Shown here: positions 58,234 to 64,000 of the stretch, piece by piece
How positions within the stretch are numbered: the first letter of the stretch is position 1
Layout: each line of letters starts with the position of its first letter
Virus record (IMG/VR): IMGVR_UViG_3300025413_001239
Length of the DNA stretch: 64,000 nucleotides
From: a virus
Lineage: Duplodnaviria > Caudoviricetes
Strand: one strand, 5' to 3'
The notes under the pieces: model-generated
Told to the model about the DNA's origin: nothing
The model's database searches: none
Seen by the model: only the letters and a program-made list of their open reading frames with translations
Position numbers and translations under genes: made by a program

Positions 58234-58815
58234 CTATGACAAAAATAATTCTTTTTCTTCTTTGATAGCCATTATATTAGCAAATTTAAGTAATTCACCT
58301 AATACAGAATTATGATATTTTGATTGCTTATCAGAGTCATCTTTATCATGATTAATAATTGCCGCATATTCCACGTCAGTTAGAATAACACCATTTGAAA
58401 GTGCATAAAAAGCTGAACGTTCACCAACACGCATAGAAACTTCTTCATTTCTAAATTCGTACATCTTGCCTTGGTTTTTAATATGCCATTCAGATGTGCA
58501 AGGTGTATAAAGATGCGCTTTACCAATTTGGTACAAAAAACAAACCTTTATAATTTCTTCCTTAGGTAATCTAAGCTTCTCTGGTAACGCAGCATTAAAA
58601 GAAACAGCAAATTTTGTTGTTCTTAATAAATGGTCAATTAAACCACCCTCAAACGCATTGTTAAGGTCTTTGTTTGTTGACGCTGGTGCGGCCATGAAAT
58701 CTTGACCTAAAAAAGCTGTAAGACTTTCAGTCATGAAAGGTTCAGCTGTTTCAAAATACTTTTTAGTATTCTTAATAATTTTGTCTTTATCTAACATATT
58801 TTTTAATTTACGCAA
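58234..58815 (-). CDS. HD-domain-like protein with degenerate HD motif
   Basis: APAS...NAFEGGLIDHLL, LYQIGK in place of LHDIGK, INHD. Confidence 0.6.
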   Translation of the reverse strand: MRKLKNMLDKDKIIKNTKKYFETAEPFMTESLTAFLGQDFMAAPASTNKDLNNAFEGGLIDHLLRTTKFAVSFNAALPEKLRLPKEEIIKVCFLYQIGKAHLYTPCTSEWHIKNQGKMYEFRNEEVSMRVGERSAFYALSNGVILTDVEYAAIINHDKDDSDKQSKYHNSVLGELLKFANIMAIKEEKELFLS

Positions 58816-58844
58816 ATATACAAAAAATATTTTAATAAAGCAAA
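58813..58844 (-). promoter_or_regulatory. Bacteroidota sigma-A-type promoter
   Basis: TTTG (58844-58841), 20-nt spacer, TATATTTG (58820-58813). It implies that the downstream ATG near 58796 is the real start. Confidence 0.65.
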
Positions 58845-59087
58845 TTAACGATTCATAATTTTTATTGCTGATACACCATTTTCATAATCACCTAAATCAT
58901 CCCATAACCCATTACTACTGTTAGGTATAAATTTACCATATTTTTTGTCAATAATATTTAATATCCCATTAAAGGTATCTTCAGTTATTAACTTCTCAAC
59001 ATTTTCTTTGGTTACAGGAATAGGTTCATTTTGATTTTCAATATTATCCATGATTATCATCAATTGAATTAATTCTTTCTTCTTCAC
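58845..59087 (-). CDS. Hypothetical protein
   Basis: 80-aa ORF; start uncertain. Confidence 0.5.
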   Translation of the reverse strand: MKKKELIQLMIIMDNIENQNEPIPVTKENVEKLITEDTFNGILNIIDKKYGKFIPNSSNGLWDDLGDYENGVSAIKIMNR

Positions 59088-59739
59088 TTTTCATTCTACC
59101 AAAAAAACTTTCATGTGTTTCATTTTTATCAACCTTAATCATAACTTCTTTTGCTTTTTCTAATTTAGGTTTTAACCTATTAACATCAAGTGTTGATGGT
59201 TTTTTTATTTGTAAAGCATCTAATTTAACTTTTTGTCTTTTTAATGAATTATAAGCAAAATCGTTCTCTTGTTTTATTAAAATATTTAATTCTGGACCTT
59301 TAATATCCTCTAACGATTCATTATGAATATCAACAATTTCTGGCACATAAAATATTGGTGAAGAGTTACCGTCATAACCATGTAATGTTGCTTCAACGTG
59401 TGGTTTGCGCAACTCATCCATGTAGTTAAGTATTTCCTTAACCCTTTCAGTTTTTATATTCCATTCATTTTTTAATATTAATTCATCTGTATTGGGCTTA
59501 AAAATTTTTACTTGTTCAAAATAAGATGGTAAAGGCTTATTAATCATAACCTTTTTTATAGAATACTGTAAATTCGACTTACGAATTCTTGTAAGTCTTT
59601 CATATTCTTTCATAGTACCTCTTTTACTCTTGATACTAAGATAAACTATCAAGACTTTTAATTTTAAATCTTGAATAAATTCGTTAAATTGTCTTTTAAT
59701 TTTTTGAAATTTCTTTTTCATTTTATTTCTTTTTTTCAT
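59044..59739 (-). CDS. Hypothetical protein
   Basis: 231-aa ORF. Confidence 0.6.
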   Translation of the reverse strand: MKKRNKMKKKFQKIKRQFNEFIQDLKLKVLIVYLSIKSKRGTMKEYERLTRIRKSNLQYSIKKVMINKPLPSYFEQVKIFKPNTDELILKNEWNIKTERVKEILNYMDELRKPHVEATLHGYDGNSSPIFYVPEIVDIHNESLEDIKGPELNILIKQENDFAYNSLKRQKVKLDALQIKKPSTLDVNRLKPKLEKAKEVMIKVDKNETHESFFGRMKSEEERINSIDDNHG

Positions 59740-62133
59740 TTACCAGTTTAAGGTATAGGTTTTTTCTATCTTCAGTTACCTTATCCATAGAATACGTATC
59801 CTTAACTGTGTTATATAAGTTTTCACTAAGTTGTGTTACTAATTCTGGTTGTTGAATTAATTTCTTAATTGCTTTAACCCAATCTTTGGTTTGATGTTTA
59901 CTTGGTTTAATCAAAATACCATTCGCATTAGTATCCCAATTACCACCAAATTGTATAGCGTTAGTCACATCAATTTGATATGGACCAAAATCCTGAGCTA
60001 TAATAGCCTTTTTATGGAATCCAGCTTCGATGACTTTTAATTGACTCTTAACCTCATTAAAAATATTATCTTCAATTGGTGCCAATGATACATCAAATAA
60101 ATTATAATTTGATGCGTATGTACTAATTGGCTTAGTCCAAACTCTTCTATAAGGTTCGTTAGCTACATTAGGATATTCTTCGTTCTTAAACTTCAATAAG
60201 AAATCCTTATACTCTGGACTTACAGTTGAATAGTTATCGGTAAATATTTTTTCATACTGATACCAAACGCTTTCAGTTGGCTTGATGGGTCTTTGAGTTT
60301 GTTGTTTAGTTTGCTCATCAATAATTGTCATAGTACCTCTAAGGTCATATCCACATAGTACAAATTGTACTTTATCTATAAGACCTTCACGATTAATGGT
60401 TCCAACCACATCGTTAATAAGTTCTAAGTCTTTAAGGTGACTATTGCCAATCCACATTGCTTTGCCGTTTCTTCTGACATAGATAATATGATTTTTAACT
60501 TCAACACAATAAACATTACCTTTATAATATCTATTATATTGATTTTCTGTTTTAATTAGAGGGGTATTTTTATTATGCTTACTAGTACTATGATGTTTGG
60601 TAAAATTAACCACCAATGAATCATATTGTGACTTTATTCCTCTTCCTTTAATTTCACTAGTTCGTTTACCTCGATTTGTTATTGTCGCTGAAATACCTAT
60701 TTTTAAAGCAATTTCTTGTAAATTATTTGCTAACGAAGGTGAGCAAGTAAATGCTCTGGTTCTTGTATATTTATTATTTTCAATATGGCCGTCACCTTTA
60801 ATAAACCAATCTAAAAATATTGTTAATTGTCTTGGTGATAAATTTAATATTTCTTCAGGTACAAATTTATCATATGCATTACCAAAATTTGATAAGTATT
60901 CCCATAACATTTTATCAAAAACCCTAACTTGTTTTTTGTCTTTAGTATACGTTGGTTTGAAACCCATTTTAATTAATAATTCATACATATATGATAAATA
61001 CCCATTATCTTTTGTTTGTGCTATACCTACTTGATGTAACCCATTTGTTTTAGTAGTCCACCCTTCAGCCATCCAAAAACCAAAAAATTGTAACCAATTA
61101 TCCATATCGATATTTTTATCATAACCATATTTTTCGGATAATCCATTATAACGTTTTTTTGATATTAATTTATCAATATAGTTTTCGTTTTCTTCAAATT
61201 CAGCGTATTCATTTAGCATTGGTAAAACAAAATATTTTTCTTTTTTACCAACCCATACTGCATCTTTTTTAACATGGAAATTTTTACCATGTATTTTTTC
61301 AGATTGGATTAATTCTAAATCAAGTTTTTTATGTGTTAATGATTTGGCCACAGAGGCATACATATTGTGGTTTGGTGTAACTTCGTATTCAACTAAACCA
61401 TTTTTACAACAATTTAATTCACCTTCAAATGGTTCACATATGTAACCTGTTGGTTTGTGGTACTCTAATTCATTTGTATTTGGATTTAATGTTGCAACCA
61501 TTTCGGTTTGATTTAAAGCGTCAAATCTTTTCCAACCTTCATCAGTCAGAATTTCGGTATCTGGTGTCATACAACTACCACCTAACCAACCAATTCTAAG
61601 TCTCTCAGATGGTTCTACATTTGGTGTAAATTGTTTTTCGGTTGGGTCTACAGCATTTGGAAGTACGAATACGTTTTTATTAAATTTTTTAATTTCATCA
61701 GCAAATATGGGTGTTGTTGTTGTAACATTTCTTGAAATCTTAATGTTATTAAGAATTAACTTATCAAGACCATGATTTTTTATAAGTAAAAAAGCTGGGT
61801 GATGTGGTCCTGGGGACCAATAGTCATCTAAGTCCATTATTGTAACAATACCTAAATTGTCAAGTCTTTCAAGGAGTGCTGGTAATGCGCTATATTCACC
61901 AAGGGTTCTATGATAATGTATAATATCATATTGTTTAAGCCATTCATCATTATCTAATTGTGGTTCATAATCAATATCAATTGAGAACTCATCTGGGTAA
62001 TTTTGTTCTAGGGCAATATGTGGCTTAGAACTTCTAAAGTAGCTTGTCAGCTGACCCCAGTTCTGTCACTAGGTACTACTAATACCTTTACTTTGCGACT
62101 AACTGGGGTCAGATTAATAATGTTTGTTGTCAT
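59723..62133 (-). CDS. GT-B glycosyltransferase with an intein; needs recoding at 62042-62052 to join its N-terminus
   Basis: Main frame is open 62065 to 59723 (SYFRSSKPH...MDLDDYW...IGWLGG...KSQLKVIEAG), with no ATG, GTG or TTG before 61837. The N-terminal 28 codons (62133-62050) lie in another frame. Confidence 0.8.
60443..61573 (-). mobile_element. LAGLIDADG intein (377 aa) in the glycosyltransferase
   Basis: WLGGS then CMTPDTEILT; VTPNH; FFGFWMAEG; WFIKGDG; VYCVEV..H; IGN followed by SHLKD. Confidence 0.92.
62041..62112 (-). other. Candidate ribosomal bypass or frameshift element: 62-nt hairpin plus AGC-UGA-CA-AGC
   Basis: 12-bp perfect inverted repeat (62051-62062 / 62101-62112) with inner stems; matched Ser codons at 62052-50 and 62044-42 flank a stop. 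Confidence 0.55.
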
Positions 62134-63003
62134 TTTGTGAAATTAATTCTCTTATTATATTTTTATTTTTTTTGTAATCCGATTCCCAGATTACAATACA
62201 ATTATAATTATATTTTTTAGCTAAGTCAAGCTTATTCTTATCATATTCCCATATTTCTTTAGCTGTTTTACTCTTTTTTTTATTATAATACATTGAATCA
62301 TATTTTTTAGGGTTACAATGCCAGTAATCACCATTATACTCAATAAGTAAATTTAGCTCAGGAATATAAATATCAAAAATTTTTGATTCAATAATAAAAT
62401 TAGGTTCGACTTTTAAATTTATGCTCTCAAGATATTTAATAATTTCAAACTCTGGTTTTGAGCGATTAAAAGATTTTAACTCTCCGTTAGCAATTCTATT
62501 TTTCATAAGAATACTTAACTTGGTTCTAGTCTCTTCCATTTTACCACTTTTCCAACGTTCTTTAGCCATAATACTAAACATGTCTTTGTATTCTTGTTTA
62601 GACATATGGTCACTAGTTTTAACACCAATTTTTTTATCTGAAATTGTTTTTTTTGTAGTATTTGAATGAGTTTTTTTAAAAAACGGATTCCCCCCCCAAC
62701 TTGTTTTTTTAAAGAACATTTTTTACATTCATGTTTATTTTTTAAATTTCTATTTAGTAAAGATTTATTGTTTACTGAAAATTTTATTTTTTTATTACAT
62801 GTAATACAAGTATAATGCCCACACCACATATTACCCTCTTGCCAAAAATTTTTATAGAAAGACTCGCCAAGCAATCTATTTCTAGTTAAATTTTTGTCTT
62901 TTAATATTTTTAAAACTTGATTTTTTGTAATGTTAGGTATTAATTTACATATTTTAGTTGACCCAATACCGCTTAAATATAATTCAATTATTTTTTCTTC
63001 CAT
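62114..63003 (-). CDS. Homing endonuclease (NUMOD3 plus Vsr/PD-(D/E)XK domain) split by a G8 tract
   Basis: ORFs 62515..63003 and 62114..62719 join at C8 (62690-62697); FDIYIPELNLLIEYNGDYWHC. Confidence 0.75.
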
Positions 63004-63006
63004 ATA

Positions 63007-63102
63007 TTATAAATATACAGAAAATAAAAATAAGTCTAAAAAGCTAACCCCAGTTCTGTCTGATGCTACTACTAAAACTTTAATTTTTTTGTTTTTTGTC
63101 AT
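63007..63102 (-). pseudogene. Orphaned original 5' end of the glycosyltransferase (31 aa)
   Basis: MTKNKKIKVLVVASDRTGVS-FLDLF...; homology ends exactly at the Ser AGC codon (63045-63043). Confidence 0.75.
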
Positions 63103-63132
63103 TATTTTTATTTTTAAAACGTTATTTTGATT

Positions 63133-63160
63133 AATATACTAAACATAAAATATTAGTCAA
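63133..63160 (-). promoter_or_regulatory. Host-sigma promoter for the glycosyltransferase operon
   Basis: TTGACT-N16-TATATT, directly after a terminator. Confidence 0.5.
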
Positions 63161-63161
63161 T

Positions 63162-63190
63162 AAAAAAGGCCCTATAAGGGCCTTTTTTTT
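63162..63190 (-). terminator. Rho-independent terminator (symmetric)
   Basis: AAAAAAGGCCC-tataa-GGGCCTTTTTT. Confidence 0.85.
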
Positions 63191-63208
63191 ATTATAAATA
63201 ATTTTAAT

Positions 63209-63856
63209 TTAAATAGATTTTCTCTTTGGTGTTACTTTTGGTGTAATTTTACCTTCTTTAATAAGGGTTGTTATTGTAGCCTTTACGGTTTCTTGTGTAA
63301 CCATTTTATTATAGCTTTTAGTAAAGTACTCAAGAAGTTTTTTCTCAACCATACTATTAACCATTTCATTTAATTGAGATTTGCTAACTGTAATTGTGTC
63401 ACCTTGATTAACTGGTCTTTTGATATTTTCACTTAATTGTTGTTTAGAACCCTTTAATGGTATACCAGCAACTTTAGCAATATCTTCAGCTGTAAATTTG
63501 GATGGTGGTGCTGCAAATTTTGGAACTCTTTTTTCCATCATTACTTTTTTAATACTATCTGGTAATTTAGAATTCATAACTTGTTCATCACTATAATTAT
63601 AAACGTTTGATGGTCCAGAAGGTACGTAATTGTCAAAACTCATTTCTCGTTCATCACTTTCGCTATACATTTCAGCTGGTCTTGATGATTGCCTTTTTGG
63701 TGGTGTTTCAACATAATCAAAATTATCTTCGTAACTTTCTTGAATTTGACCGCTTTGTTTTTTAGGGTTTTCTTTTTCTACTTTATTCATTACAGCAGCA
63801 GCTTTACCTAAAATACTACCTAACCTACTAAGGTCTACTGGTGGTGGTGTTGTCAT
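63209..63856 (-). CDS. Hypothetical protein
   Basis: 215-aa ORF followed by a terminator. Confidence 0.75.
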   Translation of the reverse strand: MTTPPPVDLSRLGSILGKAAAVMNKVEKENPKKQSGQIQESYEDNFDYVETPPKRQSSRPAEMYSESDEREMSFDNYVPSGPSNVYNYSDEQVMNSKLPDSIKKVMMEKRVPKFAAPPSKFTAEDIAKVAGIPLKGSKQQLSENIKRPVNQGDTITVSKSQLNEMVNSMVEKKLLEYFTKSYNKMVTQETVKATITTLIKEGKITPKVTPKRKSI

Positions 63857-64000
63857 TTGTGTTTGTTTTTAAGTTGTTATTATTTTTTTGTTTCAACTTT
63901 TGTTGTAAACGTTTTTTTAATTCTTTTTCTTTTTCAATCTTAGCACGAAGTTTTTCTTGTCTAGCTTGTTGTTCTTTTTCTTTTTTTGCTAAATAAGCTT
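63828..64000 (-). CDS. 3' end of a coiled-coil protein truncated by the window edge
   Basis: Open frame AYLAKKEKEQQARQEKLRAK... to TAG at 63828-63830. Confidence 0.5.
   Translation of the reverse strand, partial: AYLAKKEKEQQARQEKLRAKIEKEKELKKRLQQKLKQKNNNNLKTNTNDNTTTSRP

Noticed and set aside
62051-62112. DNA inversion (phase switch) between the 12-bp inverted repeats
   Set aside because: Inversion keeps the length, so it cannot repair the frame; no recombinase is nearby; inner stems favour an RNA hairpin.
62044-63043. Group I intron interrupting the glycosyltransferase
   Set aside because: Only about 40 and 70 nt flank the endonuclease ORF, and no junction gives both a 5' exon ending in U and an intron ending in G.
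1-64000. Stop-codon reassignment (TAG or TGA recoding)
   Set aside because: Core genes are intact in code 11, TAG ends the portal gene, and the observed breaks need frame changes rather than read-through.

Overview
Strongly AT-rich 64 kb segment of a large T4-like (jumbo myovirus-type) bacteriophage. The host is probably a Bacteroidota species: there are two exact TTTG-N20-TAnnTTTG promoters, and A-rich start regions lack Shine-Dalgarno sequences. Bases 1-21 kb (+ strand) hold the head module: acidic and Cys-module core candidates, terminase large subunit, a portal protein with two inteins, prohead protease, scaffold, major capsid protein, and small genes sharing an N-terminal MKxxIKKLLRE leader. 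Bases 21-64 kb (mostly - strand) hold baseplate genes, a gp55-like sigma factor, a truncated capsid-protein paralog, phoH, a roughly 20 kb sugar-metabolism and glycosyltransferase island, a split-intein IMPDH/GMP reductase, dUTPase and at least six homing-endonuclease-like genes. Best candidates for undescribed biology: (1) an endonuclease cassette that replaces the 5' end of a glycosyltransferase gene and leaves an AGC-UGA-CA-AGC junction behind a 62-nt hairpin, resembling a miniature T4 gene 60-type ribosomal bypass; (2) repeated replacement of host-gene 5' ends at endonuclease insertions; (3) a putative capsid-targeting leader on cargo proteins, including an ADP-ribosyltransferase-like protein; (4) an apparently early-expressed capsid paralog; (5) a Pro1/Cys-F4 class-3-like intein; (6) an A9 frameshift fusion. 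All family calls come from motif recognition by eye; no database searches were run. No tRNA, rRNA or CRISPR array was seen.
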